From assembly GCA_963796055.1 (NCBI GenBank), contig CAWCKH010000006.1, positions 96,001 through 160,000 on the forward strand: a stretch of 64,000 nt of DNA, written 5' to 3'. Positions 1 through 9,570 of this stretch are shown here, one piece after another (the first letter of the stretch is position 1; the number at the start of each line of letters is the position of its first letter). The position numbers and the translations under genes were made by a program. The DNA comes from an uncultured delta proteobacterium. GTDB taxonomy: Bacteria; Myxococcota; Myxococcia; Myxococcales; Myxococcaceae. Under the pieces are notes generated by a model. The model was not told the DNA's origin. It made no database searches and saw only the letters and a program-made list of their open reading frames with translations.

Positions 1-754
1 AGGCCCGGAGCCCGTCCTCCAGCTCCCGGCCGAGCTCGTCGCTCGACTCGACGAAGCGCTGCCGTGCCGGCCCCTCGAGGGCGGCCTCCACCGTCTGGAT
101 CATCCCCTTCGTCGAGGCGCTCCGGCCGCTGAAGGCGTAGCTGGCCGGCAGCGCGGTGCTCCCCAGCCGCACCACGTCCGGCGCCCCCGCCGCGGCAAGC
201 CCGAGGCCGAGCGAGGGCGCCGACGTCACCCGCTCGATGGGCCAGCGGCGGTAACGGAGCAGACCTCCCACCGAGGAGGCGGCGACGTCGCCCCCGCTCC
301 CCTTCCCGTCCTGGGCCTCGGCGTGGGCGAGCATCGCCAGCGCCAGCGGCGGGCGGACCTCGAGCAGCCGGGCGGCGCTCTCCACCGCCAGCACCACCGC
401 CCGCGCCGAGCTCCCCAGCCCCAGCTTGTGTCCACCGGGACCGGGCGCGGTGGGCGACAGCGCCAGCTCCAGGCCCAGCGACTCGCGCGCACGGGCCCGC
501 ACCACCACGTCGAGCGCGCGGGCGGCGAAGGCGAACGCCGGCCCCGGCTCGCTCGCCCAGCGCACCCCGAGCGGGGTCACCGTTCCCTGCAGCCGCCCCT
601 CGGCCAATACCAGATCTACCTCGCGGTCCTCACGGGTCCGGGCGAGCGCGAAGGCCCGCGGACCGACGCCCAGCAGCCGCGCCGTCCCGCCCCAGAGCAC
701 CGCGTACTCCCCGGAGAGGAAGAGCTTGCCCGGGGCCGAGAGGCAGACCTCCAT
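1..754 (-). CDS. Phosphomevalonate kinase (GHMP kinase), 3' end runs off the window
   Basis: Not in the ORF track; read manually. ATG at 754 gives MEVCLSAPGKLFLSGEYAVLWGG, and a later KLGLGSS GHMP motif is present. Last gene of the mevalonate operon. Confidence 0.8.
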   Translation of the reverse strand, partial: MEVCLSAPGKLFLSGEYAVLWGGTARLLGVGPRAFALARTREDREVDLVLAEGRLQGTVTPLGVRWASEPGPAFAFAARALDVVVRARARESLGLELALSPTAPGPGGHKLGLGSSARAVVLAVESAARLLEVRPPLALAMLAHAEAQDGKGSGGDVAASSVGGLLRYRRWPIERVTSAPSLGLGLAAAGAPDVVRLGSTALPASYAFSGRSASTKGMIQTVEAALEGPARQRFVESSDELGRELEDGLRA

Positions 755-763
755 CGCCAGGCC

Positions 764-1750
764 TCAGGGCTCCACGAGCCGGGCGTCGCCGCCCGGACGG
801 CAGCGCACCACCTCGACCGCGCCCGCCTCGCGGGCCAGCCGCTCCACCTCGGCCTCGTGGGAAGCCAGGGTGAGCAGCACCGGATTCGGCCCCGCGTCGA
901 GGGTGAACCACACCGGCACGCCCCGGCGCCGCGCCTGTGGCAGCGCGAGGATGAGCCCCAGGGTGCCGGGGAGCAGGTAACAGAGCGGCGGGTCGGCGGC
1001 GAGCGCGGTGGCGTGCATCCGCCAGGCGTTGCGCTCACAGAGCGCGCCCAGCGCCTCGATGTCCCGGCCGGCGATGGCGGCGGTGGCCCGGGGAATCTCC
1101 GCCTCGGCGTCCTTCACCCAGGCAGGGTAGTACGGCGAGGTCTCCACCGTCTGGGCCATGCCGTCGCGGCTACCGACCTCCTTCTCCGCCCGGCTCAACA
1201 CCGCCACCAGCAGCCGCAGCTCGGGCCAGTGCCCCTCGGGGAAGGCCTGGGTGGCGACGCTGTCCTCGCCGTCCTCGCGCTGGCCTCGGTGCCAGATGCA
1301 GACGCCTCCCTGCACGCTCCGGCACGCCGAGCCGCTGCCCTCGCGCGCCAGGCGGGAGACGGTGGCGGGCTCGATCGGGAGCCCGGCCGCGGCGCGCCCC
1401 GCCAGCGCCAGCGCGGCGAACCCCGCAGCGCTCGAGGCGAGACCCGCGGCCATGGGGAAGTTTCCCCGCGACTCGACCCGCACCGGCCCCAGCGCCCGGG
1501 TCGTCTCGGCGCGCACCCGCTCGAGCAGGCCCAGCACCCGGGCCTTCTCCTTCCCCCGCGCCTCGGCGCCGTGGAGCGTCACCGCATCGGCCGGAGCGCC
1601 GAACTCCACCGTGGTCACCACCTCCAGCGGGGCGAGGGTCACCGAGAGGCTCGACTGGTGCGGGAGGATGCGGAACGGGTCCCGCTTCCCCCAGTACTTC
1701 ACCAGGGCAATGTTGGGGTGCGCGCGTGCCGTCGCTCGGGAGTCGCTCAT
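764..1750 (-). CDS. mvaD: Diphosphomevalonate decarboxylase
   Basis: AHPNIALVKYWGK, GLASSAAGFAA, SGSACRS and TLDAGPN motifs. Confidence 0.95.
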   Translation of the reverse strand: MSDSRATARAHPNIALVKYWGKRDPFRILPHQSSLSVTLAPLEVVTTVEFGAPADAVTLHGAEARGKEKARVLGLLERVRAETTRALGPVRVESRGNFPMAAGLASSAAGFAALALAGRAAAGLPIEPATVSRLAREGSGSACRSVQGGVCIWHRGQREDGEDSVATQAFPEGHWPELRLLVAVLSRAEKEVGSRDGMAQTVETSPYYPAWVKDAEAEIPRATAAIAGRDIEALGALCERNAWRMHATALAADPPLCYLLPGTLGLILALPQARRRGVPVWFTLDAGPNPVLLTLASHEAEVERLAREAGAVEVVRCRPGGDARLVEP

Positions 1751-2718
1751 GGGGTGGGCTCCAGCGCGGAGGTGAGCACGGTGAGACCCGTCTGCTCCAG
1801 CGTCAGCGGCCCTCCGCGCAGCCGGAACAGCGCCACCACCGCCCCGCCGTCTCCCCCGGCCCCGGTGAGCTTCGCGCCCAGCGCCCCGGCCCGGCGGAGC
1901 GTGTCCACCGCCGAGTCCAGCGCGGGCGAGCTGACGCCCGCCGCGGCGAGGAGGCCGTGGTTGACGTTCATCGCGTCGCCCAGTGACTCGAGGTCACCAG
2001 CCTCGAGCGCGCGCATCCCCTCCACGGCGAGGCGGCCCATCTCCCGGAAGAGCCTCCCGTACCGCTCGGGCCAGCGGGCGGCGCGGCGTCGGAGCGCGGC
2101 CACCGTCTCCTGCGTTCCCCGGCGCGGGCCGACCAGCGCCAGGACCAGCGTCGCCGGCGCGCCGATGCGCACCTTCCGGATGTGGCCCGGCTTCCCGGGG
2201 GTTGGCCGTCGGTAGAGGAGCGGCGCGCCGTGGGCGCTCACCGTGTGGTCCACCCCGGACGGCGTGCCGTGGAACGTCTCCTCCATGCGGAGGGCGAGGG
2301 CGAGCACCCTGCCCGGACTCGGGCGGGCGCCACTCGCCCCCAGCAGCAAGCGGGACAGCGCCACCGCCAGCGCCGCCGAGCTGCCGAGTCCCATCGAGAC
2401 CGGCAGCGTCGACGACAGGTGAATGCGCAGTGGTGGACGGCCGGTGGCCGCGGCGACCGTGTCGAACGCGGTGTCGAGCATCTGCCGCTGTGCTGGGCTG
2501 AGCTCGGCCAGCCCGGTCAGTCCGCAGCGGTCGGCAGGCGTCCCGCGGGCAGTGACGCCCAGGGTGAGGGGAACGGCGAGCGCCGGGTGTCCGTACACCA
2601 CCGCGTGCTCGCCCAGGAGAATCACCTTCCCCGGGCCGAACGCCTCGGGCAGGACGCTCCGCTGCGGCGCGCCCGCCGGGACGGCGGGGCGGTGCGCGGC
2701 GCTCGACCTCTGCTTCAC
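1747..2718 (-). CDS. mvk: Mevalonate kinase
   Basis: PGKVILLGEHAVVYG, PVSMGLGSSAA, HGTPSGVD, KLTGAGGDGG. GTG start at 2718 overlaps the mvaA stop (GTGA); start inferred. Confidence 0.9.
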   Translation of the reverse strand: MKQRSSAAHRPAVPAGAPQRSVLPEAFGPGKVILLGEHAVVYGHPALAVPLTLGVTARGTPADRCGLTGLAELSPAQRQMLDTAFDTVAAATGRPPLRIHLSSTLPVSMGLGSSAALAVALSRLLLGASGARPSPGRVLALALRMEETFHGTPSGVDHTVSAHGAPLLYRRPTPGKPGHIRKVRIGAPATLVLALVGPRRGTQETVAALRRRAARWPERYGRLFREMGRLAVEGMRALEAGDLESLGDAMNVNHGLLAAAGVSSPALDSAVDTLRRAGALGAKLTGAGGDGGAVVALFRLRGGPLTLEQTGLTVLTSALEPTP

Positions 2719-4082
2719 GACCGCTCTGTCGGCCCGTGCGCGTCGGCCGGGCCGAGCGAGGCGAGGATCTCCCGCGCCTTGTCCACCTTGACCATGCCGC
2801 TCTTCACCAGCAGATGGGCCACCTTCTCCACGTGGTCTCCGCGGGCCCCCGCGGTCACCGCCACGCAGCGGGCGTGGAGCGCCATGTGGCCCTTCTGGAT
2901 GCCGACCGAGCCCAGCGCCCGGAGCGCGGCGAAGTTCTGGGCCAGGCCCACCGCGGCGAACACCATGCTCATCTCGCGTGCGCCATGGGTCGCCATCAGC
3001 TTCAGCGCCAGCTGCACGCCGGGGTGGATCTTGATCGGCCCGCCCACGGTGCCCAGCGCCAGCGGCAGCTCGATGCGTCCGACCAGATGGCCGTCCTCGA
3101 CGTACCACTGCGAGAGCGGCCGGTACTGGCCGTCGCGGCAGGCGAAGGCGTGCGCCCCGGCCTCGATCGCCCGCCAGTCCTGCCCAGTGGCGATGGCCAC
3201 GGCGTCGATGCCGTTCATGATGCCCTTGTTGTGGGTGGCCGCGCGGTAGGGGTCTGCCCGGGCGAAGCGACTGGCCTGGCTGATGCCTTCGCCGATCTCC
3301 GGACCGGGCAGTCCGAAGTCCGCCAGCGCCTCGAGCGGAATCTGGCAGCTCGCCCGGGCCAGCCGGCGGTCGGCCAGGTTGCTGAGGATGCGCAGGTAGA
3401 CATGGCCGCCGGTGATCTGCTCGATGAGCGGCGCCACGCCCTCGGCCATGGTGTTGATGAGGTTGGCCCCCATCGCCTCCTGGGTGTCGATGACCAGGTG
3501 GACCACCAGCAGCGGCTCGCCGCGGCTGCCCTCGGGCGCCGGCAGCAGGCGCACCTCGACGTCCCGCGCTCCACCGCCCCGGCGCTGCATCGAGGGGTGG
3601 AAGCTGTTGGCCAGGGCGAGGATCTGCTCCTTGTGGGCGCGGATCTTCTCCGCGGCGATGGTGGGATCGCCGTAGCGGGTGACCTGCACCTGGCCGATCA
3701 TCAACGGCTCGTCGGCGTCGGCGGTGAAGCCACCCGCCTCGCGGACGATCTTCGCCGCGAAGCTAACTGCGGCCACCACCGACGGCTCCTCCACCGCCAT
3801 GGGGACGAGGTAGTCACGGCCATTCACCTGGAGGTTCAGCCCCAGGCCGAGCGGGAGGGAAAACGTCCCCACCGCGTTCTCGATCATCGTGTTCGCCGTG
3901 GCGAGCGGCAGGGTCTCGGCGCTGCGCAGCAGCTCGAGGTCCTCCTTGGAAAGCCCGAAGCGTCGCTCCAGCTCCGCGAGGCGCTGGTCCAGCGTCAGCT
4001 TGTGGAACCCCGGGAAACGCGACGAGGGCGCCTGACCCACATCGGAGTCCACCCGGAGCACTGCCCCCGTTCCCTGTTTCAC
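2715..4082 (-). CDS. mvaA: Class II HMG-CoA reductase
   Basis: MIENAVG, PMAVEEPSVVAA, EAMGAN, RAATHNKGIMNG, GIQKGHMALH. Start is GTG 4082 (overlaps fni stop) or 4052. Confidence 0.93.
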   Translation of the reverse strand: MKQGTGAVLRVDSDVGQAPSSRFPGFHKLTLDQRLAELERRFGLSKEDLELLRSAETLPLATANTMIENAVGTFSLPLGLGLNLQVNGRDYLVPMAVEEPSVVAAVSFAAKIVREAGGFTADADEPLMIGQVQVTRYGDPTIAAEKIRAHKEQILALANSFHPSMQRRGGGARDVEVRLLPAPEGSRGEPLLVVHLVIDTQEAMGANLINTMAEGVAPLIEQITGGHVYLRILSNLADRRLARASCQIPLEALADFGLPGPEIGEGISQASRFARADPYRAATHNKGIMNGIDAVAIATGQDWRAIEAGAHAFACRDGQYRPLSQWYVEDGHLVGRIELPLALGTVGGPIKIHPGVQLALKLMATHGAREMSMVFAAVGLAQNFAALRALGSVGIQKGHMALHARCVAVTAGARGDHVEKVAHLLVKSGMVKVDKAREILASLGPADAHGPTERS

Positions 4083-5179
4083 AGCGACTCCATCCAGTCC
4101 TTCAACGGAGCCGTCACCACCCGCGGGCTGCGCCGCAGGTCGGCCACGGTCCGGCTCGAGGTCAACAGCAGCGCTTGCCGCAGTCCTGCGACCACGGTGC
4201 GCACTGCCGCGTCGGCGCCGGCCACGCCGCCAGTCTGCTGCGCGCGGAACAATGGCAGGGCCATGCCTGCCAGGTCCGCGCCAAGCGCCAGGACCTTCGC
4301 AACGTCCAGGCCATGGCGAATTCCGCCCGAGGCGACGAGCTTCACCGACGGGCCCACCGCCCGCCGCACGCTCGCCACCGCTGCTGCGGTGGGGATGCCC
4401 CACGAGGAGAAGAGCGCACCCAGCTCGGCCATCTGGCCGCTGCTGCGGAGCTGCTCGACCCGGACCCAGCTGGTCCCGCCGAGGCCGCTGACGTCGATGG
4501 TGCGAACCCCGCAGTCGACCAGCCGCCGCGCCACCGCGGGCGCGATGCCACAGCCGGTCTCCTTCACCAGGAAGCGCTCCCCGAAGGCCGAGGCCAGCGC
4601 CTGTACCAGGCTGTACCCGCCCCGGAAGTCCCGGTCTCCCTCGGGCTGGCTCAGCTCCTGCGCGGCGTTGAGGTGCAGCGCCAGGCCATCGGCGTCGATG
4701 CCGTCCACCAGGCGCCGGACGCCGTCTACCCCCATCGCGATGGCCTGCTTCAGCCCGATGTTTCCCACCAGCAACACGTGCGGGGCGACGTCGCGAACCT
4801 GGAACGTGGGCGCCAGCTCGGGGTGCTCGGCCATCGCCCGCTGGCTGCCCACACCGAAGGCGAGACCATGCCGCTCAGCCACCTGGGCGAGGTCGCGGTT
4901 GACCTCGCGGGCCCGGTCGGTGCCGCCGGTCATGCCCGTGACCAGGATGGGGGCGCGGAGGACCTTCCCCCAGAGGGTGAGGGTCAGCTCCACCTCGTCC
5001 AGCGCCAGCTCAGGCAGCGCGTTGTGCACCAGGTGCAGGCAATCGAGCAGGGTAGAATTCCCGTCCGGCTCCACGTCCCCTTGCGCGCACAGATCGAGGT
5101 GGGCGTCCTTGCGCCGCGCTGTATGGGCCTCTGGCATCCGGGGTCTGGGGGGAGTACCAGCCAGGTCTTTCATGCGCAA
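4079..5179 (-). CDS. fni: Type 2 isopentenyl-diphosphate delta-isomerase
   Basis: RKDAHL, TGMTGG, GVGSQR, QPEGDRDF, VKETGCG, GGTSW, ASGGIR. True start may lie slightly downstream. Confidence 0.93.
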   Translation of the reverse strand: MRMKDLAGTPPRPRMPEAHTARRKDAHLDLCAQGDVEPDGNSTLLDCLHLVHNALPELALDEVELTLTLWGKVLRAPILVTGMTGGTDRAREVNRDLAQVAERHGLAFGVGSQRAMAEHPELAPTFQVRDVAPHVLLVGNIGLKQAIAMGVDGVRRLVDGIDADGLALHLNAAQELSQPEGDRDFRGGYSLVQALASAFGERFLVKETGCGIAPAVARRLVDCGVRTIDVSGLGGTSWVRVEQLRSSGQMAELGALFSSWGIPTAAAVASVRRAVGPSVKLVASGGIRHGLDVAKVLALGADLAGMALPLFRAQQTGGVAGADAAVRTVVAGLRQALLLTSSRTVADLRRSPRVVTAPLKDWMESL

Positions 5180-5203
5180 GACGATCCAGGGTATCTGCCG
5201 TGT

Positions 5204-5617
5204 GTGTCAGCCAGCTCTGAAAGCGCTACACTCGCGATTTTCCTACACAGTGGCGCCTATGACAGGGTGCATCAAGGGCTGTCCATCGCGGCCTCCGGCG
5301 CGGCTCTGGGGCGGCGGGTGGAGGTCTATTTCTTCTGGTGGGCGTTGGAGCGCCTACTGACCGACCGGTTGGACGAACCCGACTTCCCCGACCGGGAGGA
5401 GGTGGCGGCGCGTTTCGAGGCCCGGGGCCTGCCGACGCTCCGCGCGCTGCTCGGACATCTCCGGGATTCGGGTCAGGTCACCCTGGTGGCCTGTACCGGC
5501 AGTCTCGCGGCACTCGGACGCACCGCTGCGGATGCCCAGGGCCGGGTCGACACCCTCCTCGGCTGGACGGCGATCCTTGCCCGGACGGCGGGGGTCACCG
5601 ACCGCTTTTACCTGTAG
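5204..5617 (+). CDS. DsrE/DsrF-like (peroxiredoxin-family) protein
   Basis: C-terminal part of ORF 4175..5617: LAIFLHSGAYDRV...IAASGAALGRRVEVYFFWWAL...LVACTGS. GTG start inferred. Confidence 0.65.
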   Translation: MSASSESATLAIFLHSGAYDRVHQGLSIAASGAALGRRVEVYFFWWALERLLTDRLDEPDFPDREEVAARFEARGLPTLRALLGHLRDSGQVTLVACTGSLAALGRTAADAQGRVDTLLGWTAILARTAGVTDRFYL

Positions 5618-6444
5618 GTCAGGGCGGCCGCGCTCGAGATCCGCGTCAGGGTGACATCAGGCCTGCAGTCGGCGAGGTCAGGGCGGCCGCAGTCAGCTCA
5701 GTCAGGGGGGCCGCGCTCGAGATCCGCGTCAGGGTGACATCAGGCCTGCAGTCGGCGAGGTCAGGGCGGCCGCAGTCAGCTCAGTCAGGGGGGCCGCACT
5801 CGAGATCCGCGTCAGGGTGACATCAGGCCTGCAGTCGGCGAGTTCAGGGCGGCCGCAGTCAGCTCAGTCAGGGGGGCCGCACTCGAGATCCGCGTCAGGG
5901 TGACATCAGGCCTGCAGTCGGCGAGGTCAAGGCGGCCGCAGTCAGCTCAGTCAGGGGGGCCGCGCTCGAGATCCGCGTCAGGGTGACATCAGGCCTGCAG
6001 TCGGCGAGGTCAGGGCGGCCGCAGTCAGCTCAGTCAGGGGGGCCGCACTCGAGATCCGCGTCAGGGTGACATCAGGCCTGCAGTCGGCGAGTTCAGGGCG
6101 GCCGCAGTCAGCTCAGTCAGGGCGGCCGCACTCGAGATCCGCGTCAGGGTGACATCAGGCCTGCAGTCGGCGAGTTCAGGGCGGCCGCAGTCAGCTCAGT
6201 CAGGGCGGCCGCACTCGAGATCCGCGTCAGGGTGACATCAGGCCTGCAGTCGGCGAGGTCAAGGCGGCCGCAGTCAGCTCGGTCAGGGCGGCCGCACTCG
6301 AGATCCGCGTCAGGGTGACATCAGGCCTGCAGTCGGCGAGTTCAGGGCGGCCGCAGTCAGCTCAGTCAGGGGGGCCGCATTCGAGATCCGCGTCAGGGTG
6401 ACATCAGGCCTGCAGTCGGCGAGGTCAAGGCGGCCGCAGTCAGC
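5618..6444. repeat. Tandem array of ten near-identical 83-bp non-coding units
   Basis: Unit GTCAGGG(C/G)GGCCGC(G/A)CTCGAGATCCGCGTCAGGGTGACATCAGGCCTGCAGTCGGCGAG(G/T)TCA(G/A)GGCGGCCGCAGTCAGCTCA starts at 5618, 5701, 5784, 5867, 5950, 6033, 6116, 6199, 6282 and 6365; the last unit is truncated to 80 bp. Confidence 0.97.
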
Positions 6445-6883
6445 GAGACTGGGGTCGAAGGGCGATCAGCGCGACCGCCAGGACCGCCTGAAGCCCGAAG
6501 AGTACGGTGGAGATGCCGTGGAGCATCCCGAACCGCCGGCGGGTGGGGTCGCCGGGCGGCAGGTGCGACAGGCCCTCGCCGGCTGCGCGGCGGATGCCGG
6601 CGATCTCCGGCGTGACCAGGAACAGGCTCGCGGCGGCGAGCGCAGCCATCACCAGCCCCAGCACCACCGCCGCCCGACCCGAGCGGCCGCTCGCCCCGAG
6701 CGCCACCGCGGCGAGCCCGAGGACCAGGCCCACCGAATCGAGCACCGGGAGCACCCGGCCGACCACCCGGGCGGCGGCCGAGGGAGGCACGGTGGCGAAC
6801 AGGGCGGGCGTGACCGTCGTTGCGAAGAGGGCCAGAGCGCCGAGGAAGGCGACGAGCAGCAACCGGTGGGTGGAGTGGAGCAT
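6440..6883 (-). CDS. DUF4149/TMEM205-like membrane protein
   Basis: Four hydrophobic segments; VTPALF, FGMLHGIST pattern. Confidence 0.65.
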   Translation of the reverse strand: MLHSTHRLLLVAFLGALALFATTVTPALFATVPPSAAARVVGRVLPVLDSVGLVLGLAAVALGASGRSGRAAVVLGLVMAALAAASLFLVTPEIAGIRRAAGEGLSHLPPGDPTRRRFGMLHGISTVLFGLQAVLAVALIALRPQSR

Positions 6884-6922
6884 GCCGCCGGCATGCTAAA
6901 GGACTCGCTGGAGAAGGCCCCC

Positions 6923-7921
6923 ATGCTTCCCACCCTCCTCGTCCTGGTCACCATCGCTCTCGTCGTCTGCCTCGCGCTCCTGATCTTCGGACGGAGCGTG
7001 CCCGCGGTCCGCACGCCCGCCCCCGCCGGGCCGGCGAGCGTCACGCCAGCGGCCCGGAGCGGGCCGGACCCCGACCTGGAGAAGAGGCGGCGCGAGGTGG
7101 AGGAGCTGAAGACCACCGTGACCGAGCTCCGCGGGGAGCTGAAGCAGACCCGGAAGAGGCTGCACGAGCAGCGCGCGTCGGAGAAGGACGGGGCCGACCT
7201 GGCCAAGGCCCGCGCGGATGTGGAGCGCAGCGCCTCCCAGCAGCTCGAAGTGGTGCGCGGCGAGCTGGCCACCGCGCTCGCCGAGGTGGGCCGTCTGAAG
7301 AGCGAGGCCGAGGCCTTCCGGACGCGCCGCCCGGCCCCCGCCCCGGCGCCCCACCCGGTGGCCCCGGCCCCGCCCCCGGCCGCCCCGCCCGCGCCCGAGG
7401 CCCGGCGCTTCCGCGAGCTGTCCGACACCGACCGCGAAAAGATGGAGCGGCTCGAGCATCTGGCCAATCGCGAGCGATCTCGGGCCCAGGAGCTCTCGGC
7501 GGAGGTGCGCCGGCTGAAGGGACGCACCGAGACGCAGGCAAGGGTCTACACCGTCATCAAGGGCGAGCTGGATCTGCTCAAGGACAAGTTCAAGGCGCTG
7601 GAGAAGCGGCTGAACCGGACCTTGCTGGAGCGCGACCTGCTCCGCCGCGCGATCCGGGATCTGGAGAAGAAGAGCGGGCTGGCCGCCGACCGGACCGAGC
7701 TCACGGTCGACGAGGTCGCGGCCTCGGACCGCTCGGTCGAGGAGCGCGCCGCGGCCGAGGCGGCGGAGATCGCCCGGCGCACCCATCCCCCTGAGCCCGC
7801 CGAGCGCACCGACACCACCGCCTCGCCCACCGCCGCCGTGGCCGGCGCCACGACGGGGGCGATCGAGAACGCGGCCGCCGCGGACGCCGGCGTCGCCCAG
7901 CACGTGGAGAAGGCCGGCTGA
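6923..7921 (+). CDS. Membrane-anchored coiled-coil protein
   Basis: N-terminal TM helix (MLPTLLVLVTIALVVCLALLIF), two heptad-rich regions joined by a Pro/Ala linker. Confidence 0.7.
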   Translation: MLPTLLVLVTIALVVCLALLIFGRSVPAVRTPAPAGPASVTPAARSGPDPDLEKRRREVEELKTTVTELRGELKQTRKRLHEQRASEKDGADLAKARADVERSASQQLEVVRGELATALAEVGRLKSEAEAFRTRRPAPAPAPHPVAPAPPPAAPPAPEARRFRELSDTDREKMERLEHLANRERSRAQELSAEVRRLKGRTETQARVYTVIKGELDLLKDKFKALEKRLNRTLLERDLLRRAIRDLEKKSGLAADRTELTVDEVAASDRSVEERAAAEAAEIARRTHPPEPAERTDTTASPTAAVAGATTGAIENAAAADAGVAQHVEKAG

Positions 7922-7953
7922 CCACCACTCCCACTCCGGGCCGGCCGCCCAGG

Positions 7954-9504
7954 GTGTCGCTGGCCACGCGGATCTTCCTCGGCCACGCGGTGGTGCTGGT
8001 CACCTTCGGCCTGCTGATCCTGTTCAGCGTCAGCGAGCTTCACCGCAACCAGCAGGAGATCCGCCTGGTGAGTCAGGGGTACCTCCCGCTCGCCCAGGAC
8101 GCCGCCGCACTCGACTCGTTCCAGCGCAACCAGGCCCAGGAGGCAGCGCAGATTAGCGCCGAGGCCGACCCGCAGACCCGGGCGGCGCTGGCCCGGCTGG
8201 CGCCCCTGACCTACCCGCCGCTGCTGCGCGCCCGGCTGAGCTCGCTCGAGGCGACGCTCGCCACGCTCAAGGTCACCGCACCCGCCTCCGAGCGGGTCTT
8301 CCTCGACTCGGTCCAGACCCGGGTGGAGCACGTGGCCCGCGACCTGGAGGTGGTGGAGCGCACCACCGCCAGCAGCTGGGCAGAGGCTCCCCCGCCGGAC
8401 GCGGCGCGGACCCTGGCCACCGCCCAGGAGTCCCTGTCCCGCGAGCTCCGGGCGCTCCGGGCAGCGCTCGACACTCGCACCCGCGCGGTGGTGGAAGAGG
8501 CCGAGCGGCGGGACCGACGCCGAGGGGTGCTGCTCATCGGACTGTCGGTGGCGGCGATCGCCGTGGGGCTCCTCGCCACCGCCCTCTCCGCACGGAGCCT
8601 CCGGCCCGTGCGGGCGCTCATCGCCGGCGTGGGGCGCATCCGCCGGGGCGACTACACCGCGCAGCTGAACATCCCCGGGGACGACGAGATCTCCCAGCTC
8701 GGCAGGGAGTTCGATGCCATGACCCGGGCGCTCGAGGAGCGCGAGCAGGCCCTGGCCCGACAGCAGCAGGCGCTGCTGCGGGCCGAGCGGCTGGCAGCGG
8801 TGGGACGGGTCTCGGCGCAGGTGGCCCACGAGGTCAGAAACCCGCTCAGCTCCATCGGTCTCAACGTGGAGATGCTGCAGGACGCGCTGGGGCACGCCCG
8901 GTTCGCGACGCCCGCGGGGGCGGACGAGGTGCGCACCTTGCTCCAGGCCGTCATCCGGGAGGTGGATCGCCTCACCGAGACGACCGAGCGCTACCTGCGC
9001 ATGGCCCGCTCCCCCGCCCCGGCGCTCGCCGCCGAGGACGTGAACGGCATCGTCGACGCGGTGCTGGACTTCGCCGCCGGCGAGCTGGGCCGGGCGGGAA
9101 TCCGGGTCGAGCGCCAGCTGGACTCGACCCTTCCCCGGGCGCTGGTGGACGAGGGGCAGCTGCGGCAGGTGCTCTTGAACCTGGTCCGCAACGCCCGCGA
9201 GGCGATGGAGGGCGGGGGCACCTTGCGGCTCTCCACCTCGGCCGAGGATGGCGTGGTGCACGTGCGCGTCGAGGACAGCGGGCACGGCATTCCCGAGGAG
9301 GCCCGGGCGCATCTGTTCGACCCGCTCTTCACCACCAAGCGCCACGGGACGGGGCTGGGGCTGGCCCTCAGCCGGCAGATCCTCGAGGCCCACGGGGGGG
9401 CGCTGCGCTGCGAGCGCACCGGCCCGTCCGGCACCGTCTTCCACCTCCGGGTTCCGGTCGCCACACGGCCGTCGGTCGGGGAGCAGCCGGCCGCCCACGG
9501 CTGA
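7954..9504 (+). CDS. Sensor histidine kinase (2 TM, HAMP, HisKA, HATPase)
   Basis: AQVAHEVRNPL H-box, NLVRNA N-box, DSGHG, FTTK, GTGLGL. Confidence 0.92.
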   Translation: MSLATRIFLGHAVVLVTFGLLILFSVSELHRNQQEIRLVSQGYLPLAQDAAALDSFQRNQAQEAAQISAEADPQTRAALARLAPLTYPPLLRARLSSLEATLATLKVTAPASERVFLDSVQTRVEHVARDLEVVERTTASSWAEAPPPDAARTLATAQESLSRELRALRAALDTRTRAVVEEAERRDRRRGVLLIGLSVAAIAVGLLATALSARSLRPVRALIAGVGRIRRGDYTAQLNIPGDDEISQLGREFDAMTRALEEREQALARQQQALLRAERLAAVGRVSAQVAHEVRNPLSSIGLNVEMLQDALGHARFATPAGADEVRTLLQAVIREVDRLTETTERYLRMARSPAPALAAEDVNGIVDAVLDFAAGELGRAGIRVERQLDSTLPRALVDEGQLRQVLLNLVRNAREAMEGGGTLRLSTSAEDGVVHVRVEDSGHGIPEEARAHLFDPLFTTKRHGTGLGLALSRQILEAHGGALRCERTGPSGTVFHLRVPVATRPSVGEQPAAHG

Positions 9505-9570
9505 ACGAGCAGGCGCCCGTGAAGCGGGCGAGCGCGCCGCGGCGTTGCTACGCTCCCGGGCCGCCGCCCG

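Noticed and set aside
5338..5820. ORF reading into the repeat array
   Set aside because: Shadow frame of the DsrE-like gene; the 83-bp period shifts frame and a TGA recurs in every unit
5618..6444. CRISPR array
   Set aside because: Units are near-identical over their whole 83 bp with no unique spacers, and no cas genes are in the window
5618..6444. Cloning-vector polylinker contamination (NotI, XhoI, StuI and PstI sites)
   Set aside because: Units carry natural-looking variants, merge with native stop codons, and have diverged relatives at about 10000 and 19010
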